A stretch of 64,000 bases of DNA from Chloroflexota bacterium (lineage in GTDB: Bacteria; Chloroflexota; Chloroflexia; Thermomicrobiales; UBA6265), in the NCBI GenBank assembly GCA_023389575.1, contig JAEWEG010000006.1:5582-69581 (forward strand). Reading direction: 5' to 3'. This document shows positions 9,000 to 17,949 of this stretch, in pieces. The notes beneath the pieces were generated by a model that saw nothing but the letters and a program-made list of their open reading frames with translations, searched no databases and was not told the DNA's origin. A program made the translations under genes and the position numbers. How positions within the stretch are numbered: position 1 is the first letter of the stretch; each line of letters begins with the position of its first letter.

Positions 9000-10487
9000 C
9001 TATGCGATCGCCCGCCTCACCGCGTCCGCCCAGCCGGCTCGCCGGCTTTCCCGTTCGTCCTCGGACCACTCCGGCTCGAACCGCCTGTCGACCTCCCAGG
9101 TTTCGCGCACCTCGTTGGGATCGGTCCACATGCCCACCCCCAGGCCGGCCAGATACGCCGCGCCCAGGACCGTCGTTTCCACGTGTTTGGGGCGAACCAC
9201 CGGTACGCCGAGCACATTGGCCTGGATTTGCATGAGCAGATCGTTCCTGCTCGCACCGCCATCAACCCTCAGTTCGGCCAGGTCGATCCCGGAATCAGAT
9301 TGCATCGCGCTGAGCACATCCATGCTCTGGAATGCGATGGCTTCCAGCGTGGCCCGCGCCAGGTGAGCGGCGGTCGCGCCTCTGGTCAGGCCCGTGATGA
9401 TGCCTCGCGCGTCCGCGTTCCAGTGAGGCGCGCCCAGGCCGGTCAGCGCCGGCACGAAATGCACCCCGTTGGAATCAGACACCGATCCGGCCAGCGCCTC
9501 GATTTCGCGCGCGTCCTTGATGATGCCGAGGCCATCGCGCAGCCACTGGACCGCCGATCCGGTCACGAAGATCGAACCTTCCAGCGCGTAATTGATCTCG
9601 CCACCGATGCCCCAGGCGATGGTGGTGAGCAGGTTGTTGCCGGAGATCACCGCTTCGGTGCCGGTTTGCATCAGCAGGAACGAGCCGGTTCCGTACGTGT
9701 TCTTGGCCTCGCCCGGAGCGAAGCAGGCCTGTCCGAACAACGCCGCGTGCTGGTCGCCCGCGACCCCGGAGACGGGAATCTCCGCGCCGACCAGGGACGA
9801 CTCGGTCGAGCACAACACCTCCGCGTTGCCCTTCACCTCTGGCAGCAAGGCGCGTGGGATACCCAGGTCCTTCAACAGCTCGTCCGACCATTCCAGCTTC
9901 CGGATGTCGTACAGCATGGTCCGGGAGGCGTTGGAATAGTCCGTGACGTGCGCCTTCCCGCCCGAGAGGTTCCAGATCAACCAGCTGTCGATCGTGCCCG
10001 CCGCCAGTTCACCGGCTTCGGCCCTCGCCACGAGGTCGGGATGCTCTCGCAGCAGCCAGGCGATCTTGGTCGCCGAAAAGTAGGCATCTGGCACCAGGCC
10101 CGTGATCCGCTGGTAGGTTTCCGTCATTCCCCGGCTGGCGATTTCTTCGACCAGCGGCGACGTTTGCCGGCTCTGCCAGACGATGGCCGGGGCCACGGGT
10201 CGCCCGGTGGCACGGTCCCAGATCACCGTCGTCTCCCGCTGGTTGGTGATACCGATGCCAGCCACCCGGTCTGGCGCGACATCGTTCTCGGAGAGCACCC
10301 GCTGGGCCATTCGCAGCGTGATCTCCCAGATCTCGCTGGCATCGTGGTTCACCCAACCTGGCTGGGGATAGTGCTGGGTGATTTCTTCCTGGCAGACACC
10401 AACGGCCTTACCGTGGCGGTCGAACAGCATCGCCCTGCTCGATGTCGTTCCCTGGTCAATCGCGAGAATCAGCTTGTCTGTTGTCAC
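9000..10487 (-). CDS. glpK: glycerol kinase
   Basis: Hallmark segments ILAIDQGTTSSRAMLF, GWVNHDASEIWE, GDQHAALFGQACF and GAAYLAGLGVG. GTG 10487 follows AGGAGCAGG and gives a homolog-like N-terminus. The ORF-track ATG 10559 remains possible. Confidence 0.92.
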   Translation of the reverse strand: MTTDKLILAIDQGTTSSRAMLFDRHGKAVGVCQEEITQHYPQPGWVNHDASEIWEITLRMAQRVLSENDVAPDRVAGIGITNQRETTVIWDRATGRPVAPAIVWQSRQTSPLVEEIASRGMTETYQRITGLVPDAYFSATKIAWLLREHPDLVARAEAGELAAGTIDSWLIWNLSGGKAHVTDYSNASRTMLYDIRKLEWSDELLKDLGIPRALLPEVKGNAEVLCSTESSLVGAEIPVSGVAGDQHAALFGQACFAPGEAKNTYGTGSFLLMQTGTEAVISGNNLLTTIAWGIGGEINYALEGSIFVTGSAVQWLRDGLGIIKDAREIEALAGSVSDSNGVHFVPALTGLGAPHWNADARGIITGLTRGATAAHLARATLEAIAFQSMDVLSAMQSDSGIDLAELRVDGGASRNDLLMQIQANVLGVPVVRPKHVETTVLGAAYLAGLGVGMWTDPNEVRETWEVDRRFEPEWSEDERESRRAGWADAVRRAIA

Positions 10488-10609
10488 GTGCCGCCTGCTC
10501 CTGATCTGGCTGTCGAATCTCTGCACGCATGGTATCCGACTTGCCATCACGTACCCCATCCTGATCTACAGTTGATACGAGAGGCCTCCGAACATGGCGC
10601 AAAATGTAA

Positions 10610-10644
10610 GGACCTACGGCCCGCGTAAGCGGGTCTGTAGGTCC
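10610..10644 (-). terminator. intrinsic terminator-like compound hairpin downstream of the family-5 SBP gene
   Basis: GGACCTAC...GTAGGTCC outer stem enclosing CCCGC-GTAA-GCGGG. On the minus strand it is followed by TTACATTTT. Lies 13 nt after the stop at 10657. Confidence 0.65.
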
Positions 10645-10656
10645 CTACACCCGGAA

Positions 10657-12642
10657 TCAGGACGCGGGCGTGGCCTCAGGGCTGGCCACCGGCGAGGCGC
10701 CCGGGGTTCCCAGGTCAGGTGTCGCCTGTGGAGTTGGTGGAACCGGTGTTGGAGTGGGCGGCAACGGAGTTGGCGTCGCCACGAGTGCTTCCTCGCCATG
10801 CCACAGCGACCAGGTGTTCCACGATTGCCACATCTTGTTTGGCTGGAACCCGGCCACGTCCGGCCGGATCAACACCGGCTGCTTCGGGAACCCGAGCCAG
10901 ATCGCGAACGGATCGTCGTTCGTCTGTCGCTGCACCACCGACAGCTCTCGCTTCATCTCATCGATGTCGACCGCCCCCAGGTAGTTCACCAGCGCCTGGT
11001 CAACCTCCGGATTCCAGTACCCTCCCGGGTTCCAGCCAGCCGGGTTGCGGCGGATGCTCCACGCCGCCCCCACCAGGTCGAACTCGTTGAAGGCGGCGTA
11101 CTGGTTCAGTTGCAGCGCGATAAGGTCGTAGTCGAACCCACCTGTCCATCGCGCCGTGAAGTCGTCCGGGCTCAACCGCTGCACCTCGAGCCCGAACCCG
11201 ATCTCGCGGAAGTCGGCGTCGAGCGTATCGAGGATCGCCAGCAGGTTCTCGTCCGCGTCCTCCCGCACGATGCAGACGAACATCCCCCGATCGCCGCTGG
11301 GGCTGTCGAGAATGCCGTCGCCATCCCAGTCGCCCCATCCGTTGTCGGAGAGGAGCTTTCGGGCTTCGTCCAGATCGCGCTTCGGGTTCACCACCGCCGC
11401 GTCTATCGCCCAGGGTTGTGTCATGAACCCGGCCCGCTCGACATCGATCATGCCGCCGAAGATCGACTCCGCGTAGGCTTCACGGTTCACGGCCCGGGTC
11501 AGTGCCTCGCGCAATCCAGGCAAAGCCATCCATCCGGGGTCGATTCGCGTCGGGTTTCCGAAGTTGAATGCCGCGAAGTACGACACCGTCCCGTCGGCGA
11601 CGACCAGCGATCCCTTCGTTTGAAGGTTTTCTTCGACCTTGTCGCCCGGGAACGGCCAGATCAGGTCGGCGTCGTCCTGATTCCAGGCATCGAACCGCCG
11701 GCCGAAATCTCCCTCGGCCACCATCGTCAGCGTGTCGGCCAGCGGCACCGCCGCGAAATGCTGATCGTTGCGCCGGAATCGCACCTCGCTCTCCGATCGC
11801 TCCTCGATGATCCATGGCCCGGTTCCGATCGGGTGCCGGTCGCCGAGCGCCAACTTCGTCAACGTCCGCTCACCGACAGGCCGCTTCAACCAGTGTTCTT
11901 CCCATTGCGCTCGCTGGAAGACAGGAAGGTTCCCCGCGTTGAACGGGAACGTCCCGTCCGGCTCGTCGAACCGCACCACCAGGTGCGTCTCGTCCACCAC
12001 CTCGACATCGGCGACCACGGCCAGCATGAAGAACACGGCGCTGTCATAGTCGTCCCGGTGGCACAGCAGCGAAAATCGCACGTCTTCCGCCGTCAGCGGC
12101 GACCCGTCGTGCCAGGTCACATCGTCTCGCAGGACGATTTCCAGCGAGAGCCTGTCCTCGCTCCATTTCCACGATCGCGCCAGCCATGGTTTCGGCTCCA
12201 GGGTCACCTCGTCCACCCAGATCAACGGATCGAGGTAGCTCATCATCGTCCCAAAATCCTGCTGGAACGTGGTTGGCGCGAAATCCGCCAGGCTCCCTGG
12301 TTCCACGAACAGCCGCAGGTCACCACCGGCGATGGGCTCGCCGGTCCACACCGGCCGCTGATCCTCGATCACCTTCAGTGGATACACGGGAGTTGGCGTG
12401 GGAGTGGGAGGCTGCGTCGGCGTGGACACAGGGGTCGCGGCGACCGGAGAGGCTTGCGGGCTCGACTCCGGCGTCGCGTCGGGCGTGGCGCCCTGCGCGC
12501 GGATCGACGCGGCTCCCACGATACTGGCCGCCGCGCCGAGCACGGTCGCCCGGCGGGTCAGCGTTCGCGGGCGTGGACATTCATCAGGGCGATCGGAAAT
12601 CGTGCTCAAAGAGGGGGTCCTTCCGGGGAGAGACGCGGGCAT
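10657..12642 (-). CDS. ABC transporter substrate-binding protein, family 5 (peptide/nickel/oligosaccharide type), Tat-type signal, PT-rich N- and C-terminal linkers
   Basis: 661-aa ORF with twin-arginine signal LTRRATVLGAAASIVGAAS. The core has family-5 SBP character (GTGPWIIEERSESEVRFRRNDQHF). The PTPTPTP linker after the signal and the PT-rich C-terminal tail are low complexity. Confidence 0.82.
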   Translation of the reverse strand: MPASLPGRTPSLSTISDRPDECPRPRTLTRRATVLGAAASIVGAASIRAQGATPDATPESSPQASPVAATPVSTPTQPPTPTPTPVYPLKVIEDQRPVWTGEPIAGGDLRLFVEPGSLADFAPTTFQQDFGTMMSYLDPLIWVDEVTLEPKPWLARSWKWSEDRLSLEIVLRDDVTWHDGSPLTAEDVRFSLLCHRDDYDSAVFFMLAVVADVEVVDETHLVVRFDEPDGTFPFNAGNLPVFQRAQWEEHWLKRPVGERTLTKLALGDRHPIGTGPWIIEERSESEVRFRRNDQHFAAVPLADTLTMVAEGDFGRRFDAWNQDDADLIWPFPGDKVEENLQTKGSLVVADGTVSYFAAFNFGNPTRIDPGWMALPGLREALTRAVNREAYAESIFGGMIDVERAGFMTQPWAIDAAVVNPKRDLDEARKLLSDNGWGDWDGDGILDSPSGDRGMFVCIVREDADENLLAILDTLDADFREIGFGLEVQRLSPDDFTARWTGGFDYDLIALQLNQYAAFNEFDLVGAAWSIRRNPAGWNPGGYWNPEVDQALVNYLGAVDIDEMKRELSVVQRQTNDDPFAIWLGFPKQPVLIRPDVAGFQPNKMWQSWNTWSLWHGEEALVATPTPLPPTPTPVPPTPQATPDLGTPGASPVASPEATPAS

Positions 12643-12718
12643 GGTGTCGCCTGTCGGGGCGACGGGCGGAATACGCTCATGATAGCTGTACGTACGATGT
12701 GGGCTCGGAGATGCCTGC

Positions 12719-13360
12719 TCAGGTCAGCGCACGAATGCCCTGGTAGAGGAAGTAGATGGCGAACCCGATGATGAGCACCCCGCTCGCGCCCGTGATCCAG
12801 CGCATCGCGGGTCCCGTCACGAACCGCCGCGACAACTGCGCCACCACCGAGAGCGTCGTCACCCACGCCAGCAGGCCGAGGAATACTCCGCCCACCAGCA
12901 CCGGCGCCCCGACCCTCCCCGACCGGTCGACCGCTTCCGCCACCAGCGCCGCGCCGACCGACAGCCAGTAGATGATTCCCATGGGACTCAGCGCAGCGAT
13001 CAGGAAGCCGGTGATGTAGCTCCTCCGGCCCCTGGGAGCCTCCGACTCGGTCACTTCCGGCGGGTTGAGCGCGCTCCGCAGGCTGGAGTAGCCGACCCAC
13101 CCCAGCATCACCGCCCCGGCGAGGAACAGCGGGGCTCTCAGTCCCGGGCGGTCGGCGATGGGAGTCAGGCCGGTGACGATGATCACGGCGTAGATCGTGT
13201 CGGCCGTGAGCGCCCCCAGGCCGACCAGCCAGCCGCTCCGGAAGCCGTGGCGCAATCCCCGGGTGATGATCTCGATGTTGACTGGCCCGATCGGCGCGGC
13301 AAGCGCCACGCCGACGAACATGCCGTAGACAACCAGGCCAGCGAACTCTGTAAGCGACAC
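12719..13360 (-). CDS. LysE/RhtB family amino-acid exporter
   Basis: 213-aa, about 6 TM. N-terminal family motif PIGPVNIEIITRGLRHGF. GTG start with GAGG 8 nt upstream. Confidence 0.85.
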   Translation of the reverse strand: MSLTEFAGLVVYGMFVGVALAAPIGPVNIEIITRGLRHGFRSGWLVGLGALTADTIYAVIIVTGLTPIADRPGLRAPLFLAGAVMLGWVGYSSLRSALNPPEVTESEAPRGRRSYITGFLIAALSPMGIIYWLSVGAALVAEAVDRSGRVGAPVLVGGVFLGLLAWVTTLSVVAQLSRRFVTGPAMRWITGASGVLIIGFAIYFLYQGIRALT

Positions 13361-13467
13361 CGTAATACCTCGGATTAGGCGGCACGACGGGCGCTCATCA
13401 CTCCATTCGTCCTCCCAGGGTCAACCAGTCGTACATCGTATCATGTCACCAGCATGAACCCGCCAGT

Positions 13468-15162
13468 ATGCGTGCCGAAGTGGCACGGGACAACGCCAGC
13501 GTTCGCAGGGAGCCAGCGATGACAGGGAACGTCAATGGAGATCGTCCATCAGGAGACGCGGAACAGGACTTGACGGGCGAGCAACCGAGCCAGGATCTCC
13601 ATCCCGCCATCGACCCCCGTGAAGCACCCAGTGGGAACTCGGAACCGGCCGCCGTGGCGCCTCCGCTGGATGTCGACGAGCGCGAAGGGGCCGATTCGAG
13701 CCACGAATCCTCGGAACCGATCGAGATGCCCGGGACCCATGACGACCTTCAGTCCGAGGAAGACGATTTCGATACCGGATTTACCCCGATCGATCTCGGT
13801 GACGACCCGGATTCCCCTGGCTCGACGGATTCCGCCACCGTCGACGAGGTTTCCGCCGCGTCCAGCGAAGAATCCAGTCCAGGTGCTCCTCCCTCCCCCG
13901 GCGCGGAGCCGGGCGACGAGCGGGAAACCACTTCCCTCCCTCCGTCAGAGACCGCGAAGCCTGCCACTGGCACGAACCCGATCGCCGGGGCGGCCGCGTC
14001 GGTCAGTGGCGCGTTCTCGCGGTTCAACGTTGGCGGGCTCTTCCGCGCCAGGGACGACTCGGCGAACGGAGCCGCGGATGGGCCTGGAACTCAGGAACAG
14101 GAGCGCGACCCAGACGCCCCTCTGCCTCCGCCTCGCCGGATCGACGGCTTCCGGGGCTTCCTCGATCCGCGGCTCCATATGCCAGATTTGATACCTCACC
14201 GACGGTTCACCGCCGCCGCGGTGATCGTCGCCGTGCTCATGCTCCTGTCGAACAGCGCCGGTCTGGCCCTGATCGTGCTCGGGAGCATCGTGCCGGTGCT
14301 GATCGTCATGACCCTCACCCAGCACGACGTGTTCGAGAAGGAATCGAATCTCATCGTCGCCGCGCTCGCGGTGGCCGGTGGCGTGGCCGGATTGCTCGTG
14401 GGGTGGATTTCGGCCTGGGTCGTGAGCTCGCAGTGGTTCGACACGGGCCGGCTCAACTTCGGTGCCAGCGGATTCGGCGGTCGATTCGCCGAGGCGGCGG
14501 GTTCGGCGCCCTTCATGGTCTGGATGGTGGCGGGGCTGCTGTTGCCGGCCGCCGCCATCGTCGGGATCGGCGCGGTGCCCGTGGTCCTTCGCCGGTGGCC
14601 TCAGTTTCGCAACGAGGTGATGGACGGCATGATCATGGCCGGCGCCTCGGCCGCTGGACTTTCGATCGGCCTCGGCGTCGTGTACTGGCTGCCGATGATC
14701 AACGGTGATGGCCCGCTGGCGCGGGTTAGCGACTGGACCCTGATGATCGTCGGGGTCAACATCCTGCGCCCCCTCATCATCACCCTCTGTGGCGCGATGA
14801 TTGGCGCGGGGGTGTGGCGCTACATGTTGAGCACCTCCTCGTCGCTGGCCATCTATCCAGCGGTCGCCGGGGTGGTCGGAATCTTCCTGATGGTGATGGG
14901 GTCGATCCAGTTGCAGTCGACCGGCATCTGGGCCGAGTTCCTGTGGACCGCCCTGGTGGCCGTCGCGGCATTCGTCCTGTACCGCCGCGTGCTCGACCAG
15001 GCGGTCGAGACCGACCGTCGGGCGCTGGGAGGCCAGGAACAGCGCATGGTTTGCCCTCACTGTCACCAGGTGACACCCATCGGCATCTACTGCGCGCGAT
15101 GTGGTCAGCCCCTCGCGGAACAGCCGGCGACTGGACCCGAAGGTGACGCAACCCCCGCTTAA
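13468..15162 (+). CDS. polytopic membrane protein with acidic disordered N-terminus and C-terminal zinc ribbon (weakly PrsW-like)
   Basis: 564-aa ORF. About 230 aa are D/E/S/P-rich and disordered, followed by about 8 hydrophobic helices. The C-terminus reads CPHCHQVTPIGIYCARCGQPL. DVFEKES and NEVMDGMIMAGASAAGLSIGLG loosely resemble PrsW-family motifs. The EExxK/HxxxD catalytic motifs are not evident. Confidence 0.65.
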   Translation: MRAEVARDNASVRREPAMTGNVNGDRPSGDAEQDLTGEQPSQDLHPAIDPREAPSGNSEPAAVAPPLDVDEREGADSSHESSEPIEMPGTHDDLQSEEDDFDTGFTPIDLGDDPDSPGSTDSATVDEVSAASSEESSPGAPPSPGAEPGDERETTSLPPSETAKPATGTNPIAGAAASVSGAFSRFNVGGLFRARDDSANGAADGPGTQEQERDPDAPLPPPRRIDGFRGFLDPRLHMPDLIPHRRFTAAAVIVAVLMLLSNSAGLALIVLGSIVPVLIVMTLTQHDVFEKESNLIVAALAVAGGVAGLLVGWISAWVVSSQWFDTGRLNFGASGFGGRFAEAAGSAPFMVWMVAGLLLPAAAIVGIGAVPVVLRRWPQFRNEVMDGMIMAGASAAGLSIGLGVVYWLPMINGDGPLARVSDWTLMIVGVNILRPLIITLCGAMIGAGVWRYMLSTSSSLAIYPAVAGVVGIFLMVMGSIQLQSTGIWAEFLWTALVAVAAFVLYRRVLDQAVETDRRALGGQEQRMVCPHCHQVTPIGIYCARCGQPLAEQPATGPEGDATPA

Positions 15163-15168
15163 CGTGAA

Positions 15169-15194
15169 CCGGCCCGCTCGTTGGAGCGGGCCGG
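15169..15194 (+). terminator. intrinsic terminator hairpin
   Basis: Perfect 11-bp stem CCGGCCCGCTC / GAGCGGGCCGG with loop GTTG, 7 nt after the stop at 15162. Confidence 0.7.
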
Positions 15195-15674
15195 AACATG
15201 TTCTTCTCTGAAGCATCTGTCTGAGGTCGCCACCCTGGGAAAGGTAAACGTCACAGGCTCAGGGGACCTATGCTATTGCCGCCCCTGAGAACCCCGCTCC
15301 ATGCCCCGCAAGCGGGCCATGAATCTTGATGGACGCCACCGAGTGGTGCATTCGGTGACGGACAACGAAGTACCGAAGGCCGGAGTTGGCCAGCGGCCGG
15401 GTTCCTGGGAGTACTGGAAAGGCAACGCCCTTTCGAACGCTTCCAGCCACCTACAATGCCGGATTCTCTTCGGATGATCGGTAGTCCCGATGTCCTGAAG
15501 CACCCGGCGGAACGTCGACGCTTCAGTAATGGTTACGGTATGCCGCCGGAGGGCGAATGTCAAGCGACTGCTAATGTCATGATGGTGTCCGAAAGAGTAT
15601 TCCGGGCGGAAACTTCCATGAGAACGCCATGCGCCTGGGCAATCAACTCAGGGGCTACATGCACGGAAAGCTGA

Positions 15675-16358
15675 TTACGTGAGGTCGCCGAGATCGATCA
15701 CATGGTCGCTGCCTCGGGCGTCGGTCGCCCGGATCTCCCGGCCCAGCGAGAATATGTCGCTGTTTTCATCCGCCGTTTCCACGGTTCCCGCGGCGGCGTC
15801 GATGAGGAGTGCCTTCCTGCTGCCCGCGTTTTCGAGGATCTGGCGAAGCTCCCCCTCGCGGTCGACCAGGTTCAACGTGCCCGCCCGCGTTGGCGACAGC
15901 CGGCGAAGCGTCACCGGACGCCTGCTCCAGACCAGCACGAGCCGCACGTCAGGGTCGAGCCGCTCCTCGACCCAGGCGATCGCCGCCGCGGTGCGATGTC
16001 GAGTGCTTGTACGGTCATCCACCAGGGCCAGGAACACACGGCCCGCCAGCACGTCCGCCATCCGAACCCGCTGCCCGTTGAGTCGTTCGACCACGGACTG
16101 CTGGATGTCCATCAGCGTGCTCGTACCCGGTCGGAAGGCGTGCGCCTCCGCGGGGAAGTCGTCATCGTCGCCGATGCCCGAGTGGCCGTTCTGGCCAAAC
16201 GCATCCCTCGCATGCGCATGTCTCGAGGCGCTCACTGACCGTATCCGTGATTCATGGACAAACTCCATCGTTGTCTTGGTGAAGAAACCGCCTTCCAGGG
16301 GTGTGGCGAACCAGCGCGATGCTCCAGGACCGTGAAGAGCCGGGAGTCGCGAATGCAC
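15675..16358 (-). CDS. hypothetical protein
   Basis: The minus-frame product has balanced composition (VFLALVDDRTSTRHRTAAAIAWVEERLDPDVRLVLVW). The overlapping plus-frame ORF (15679-16335) is Ser/Arg-rich antisense-type sequence. Start is uncertain (ATG 16358 or 16268). No family recognised. Confidence 0.5.
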   Translation of the reverse strand: MHSRLPALHGPGASRWFATPLEGGFFTKTTMEFVHESRIRSVSASRHAHARDAFGQNGHSGIGDDDDFPAEAHAFRPGTSTLMDIQQSVVERLNGQRVRMADVLAGRVFLALVDDRTSTRHRTAAAIAWVEERLDPDVRLVLVWSRRPVTLRRLSPTRAGTLNLVDREGELRQILENAGSRKALLIDAAAGTVETADENSDIFSLGREIRATDARGSDHVIDLGDLT

Positions 16359-16493
16359 TCGCCATGCAAGTCATCCGAACCCTGTACACAAATGGTGCCG
16401 GATTGAAGGGCCGCTGGCATCCTGAAAATTGCGGATATTGGCGCGACCGCTCCCTACGTAATCGCCATCGGATTACTTAGGCCCCAGACGCGA

Positions 16494-16537
16494 GACACCC
16501 CACGACGTGACTTGCCAGAGTCACGTCGTGGGGTGTC
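16494..16537 (-). terminator. intrinsic terminator hairpin downstream of aroF
   Basis: Perfect 19-bp inverted repeat GACACCCCACGACGTGACT / AGTCACGTCGTGGGGTGTC with loop TGCCAG, 32 nt beyond the aroF stop (16569). Confidence 0.7.
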
Positions 16538-16568
16538 GGCGCTTCAGCGAGAGTGGAACGGGAGTTGG

Positions 16569-17663
16569 CTAGGCGATTGCCTCCAGCGTCGTGTCCGCGC
16601 CGGCGGTCGCTCCAACCAGGGTCGAGATCGCCGCGAGGTCATCGTCGTTCTCGGCGTCCGAGCGGTCGAAGTCGCTGAGCGCCATGTGCAGCACGCGCGC
16701 GCGGCGGTGAATGCGGTCCAGTTCGGCCGGGGTGATGGTCTGGTACCCATCGCTCAGCGCGTTGTCGGGGTCCGGGTGAACCTCCAGCATCAGGCCATCG
16801 GCGCCGGCGGCCAGTCCGGCCATCGCCATCCGCGCCACCAGCGATCGGCGTCCGGTCCCGTGGCTGGGGTCGACCACGATGGGGAGGTGCGAGACCTCCT
16901 TGATCGATGGCACCACGTTCAGGTCCAGGCTGAAGCGGAAGGCCGAATCGAAGGCGCGGATACCGCGCTCGCACAGCACGACGTTCGTGTTCCCGCCCGC
17001 CATGATGTATTCGGCGCTCATCAGGAACTCTTCCTGCGTCGCCGCGAACCCGCGCTTGAGCAGCACGGGCACGTTCGACTTCGCCACGCGTTTGAGCAGC
17101 GGGAAGTTGGCCATGTTGCGCGAGCCGATCTGGAGCATGTCAACGTAGCTGGACACCAGGTCCACCTGTTCGGGCTCCATCACTTCGGTAACGACCGGTA
17201 GGCCGGTCACCTCGCGAGCCGCGGCCAGCGCCTTCAGGCCCTCCTCGCCAAGTCCCTGGAAGGAGTACGGCGAACTTCGGGGCTTGAACGCCCCGCCCCG
17301 CAGGATGTTCGCGCCCGCGGCCTTCACCGACTTGCCAATCTCGATCTGGTCGGCGGTGGACTCGATCGAGCACGGGCCCGCCATGATCACCGGGTCGCCG
17401 CCGCCAATCGCGACATCGCCCACCATCACAACCGACCGCTCACGCGCTTCGATACTCGCCATCATGAAGGGCTTGTGGATCGTCTGGACATCCGCCACGC
17501 CGCTGAGGTCGAGGCCGTCCAGCGAGACGTTGCCCGCGATTCCGATAACCTCGCCACCGCGGCCATTGGCCATCGCCTGGCTGTGCAGGCCCCGCTCGTT
17601 GGCCAGCGACATCACGCGGTCCCTGGTTGATGAAGGCGCGTCTTCCGAAAGGTGAATCAACAT
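16569..17663 (-). CDS. aroF: 3-deoxy-7-phosphoheptulonate (DAHP) synthase, type I-beta, with N-terminal ferredoxin-like regulatory domain
   Basis: Core motifs IMAGPCSIES, ILRGGAFKPRSSPYSFQGLG, DMLQIGSRNM and IVVDPSHGTG. About 70 aa of N-terminal extra domain precede the barrel. Start at ATG 17663, preceded by GGAGACAGGAG (the ORF-track TTG 17741 lies inside the terminator region). Confidence 0.9.
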   Translation of the reverse strand: MLIHLSEDAPSSTRDRVMSLANERGLHSQAMANGRGGEVIGIAGNVSLDGLDLSGVADVQTIHKPFMMASIEARERSVVMVGDVAIGGGDPVIMAGPCSIESTADQIEIGKSVKAAGANILRGGAFKPRSSPYSFQGLGEEGLKALAAAREVTGLPVVTEVMEPEQVDLVSSYVDMLQIGSRNMANFPLLKRVAKSNVPVLLKRGFAATQEEFLMSAEYIMAGGNTNVVLCERGIRAFDSAFRFSLDLNVVPSIKEVSHLPIVVDPSHGTGRRSLVARMAMAGLAAGADGLMLEVHPDPDNALSDGYQTITPAELDRIHRRARVLHMALSDFDRSDAENDDDLAAISTLVGATAGADTTLEAIA

Positions 17664-17735
17664 GGTGTGCTCCTGTCTCCCGCTGTAGCTCTTCGCGAAT
17701 CGCTCGAATGTCCCGCCTTCCCGGAAATCTCCGGG

Positions 17736-17763
17736 AAACAAAAAACCGAGGCATGTGCCTCGG
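17736..17763 (-). terminator. intrinsic terminator (candidate attenuator) in the aroF leader
   Basis: The minus strand reads CCGAGGC-ACAT-GCCTCGG followed by TTTTTTGTTT. It sits about 75 nt upstream of the aroF ATG and 43 nt after the leader-ORF stop. Confidence 0.75.
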
Positions 17764-17805
17764 TTCCCCCTCGATCTCTAGCTTGCGTGTGGCAGTTGGC
17801 GCTGG

Positions 17806-17940
17806 TTAGCCAAACTGCCCCGCCAGCTGAGCTGGGGGGTTGGCAAACCAGTAATAGAACGACGAATTCGGCGAAGCCTTCAGGCTCACCGGGGTTTCGA
17901 TCCGCTCTTCGACTGGTGGGTTACTACGGTGTTCTTTCAT
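17806..17940 (-). CDS. candidate leader peptide, 44 aa, with five consecutive aromatic codons (FYYWF)
   Basis: ATG 17940 to TAA 17806 encodes MKEHRSNPPVEERIETPVSLKASPNSSFYYWFANPPAQLAGQFG. TTC TAT TAC TGG TTT occupies 17859-17845. The ORF lies between a promoter-like element and the terminator, upstream of DAHP synthase. Confidence 0.55.
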   Translation of the reverse strand: MKEHRSNPPVEERIETPVSLKASPNSSFYYWFANPPAQLAGQFG

Positions 17941-17949
17941 AACACACGC

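Noticed and set aside
7654-12771. Chain of very long plus-strand ORFs (7654-9366, 8934-10628, 10594-12771).
   Set aside because: Their products are Arg/His/Pro/Gln-rich and unrecognisable. The opposite strand encodes glpK, a family-5 SBP and a GNAT fusion with unmistakable motifs.
13945-15216. 423-aa minus-strand ORF opposite the zinc-ribbon membrane protein. The same pattern applies at 21265-22521 (+), 31018-31902 (+), 32143-33387 (+), 35590-36519 (+), 47327-48502 (+), 49619-50566 (-), 49990-50994 (+), 60106-60846 (-), 61534-62478 (-) and 62592-63653 (-).
   Set aside because: All are antisense or out-of-frame shadows of ORFs with recognisable domains or transmembrane patterns. Their products are dominated by R, G, P, H and D and show no motifs.
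15195-15674. RNase P RNA, tmRNA, SRP RNA or a cobalamin riboswitch in the convergent gap. Minus-strand strings CAGGAACCCGGCCGC and GAGAAUCCGGCA resemble RNase P CR-IV and the B12-element loop.
   Set aside because: The universal GGAAAGUCCGGGC box, the tmRNA 5' GGGG...UUCGAC and 3' T-arm-CCA, the SRP GGAA/AGCA motifs and the B12 box are all absent. No downstream gene exists for a riboswitch. The resemblances are short and isolated.
17740-17945. T-box riboswitch as the explanation for the aroF leader. T-boxes regulate aromatic amino-acid genes in some Chloroflexi, and AGAGC and GGUGAG motifs and aromatic codons are present.
   Set aside because: The region that should be the T-box reads GAGGGGGAACCGAGG. 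It lacks the conserved UGGN that pairs with the tRNA NCCA end. I could not build a Stem I with a K-turn or specifier loop. Five consecutive in-frame aromatic codons inside an ATG-to-stop ORF fit a leader peptide better. The question should still be tested with the Rfam T-box model.
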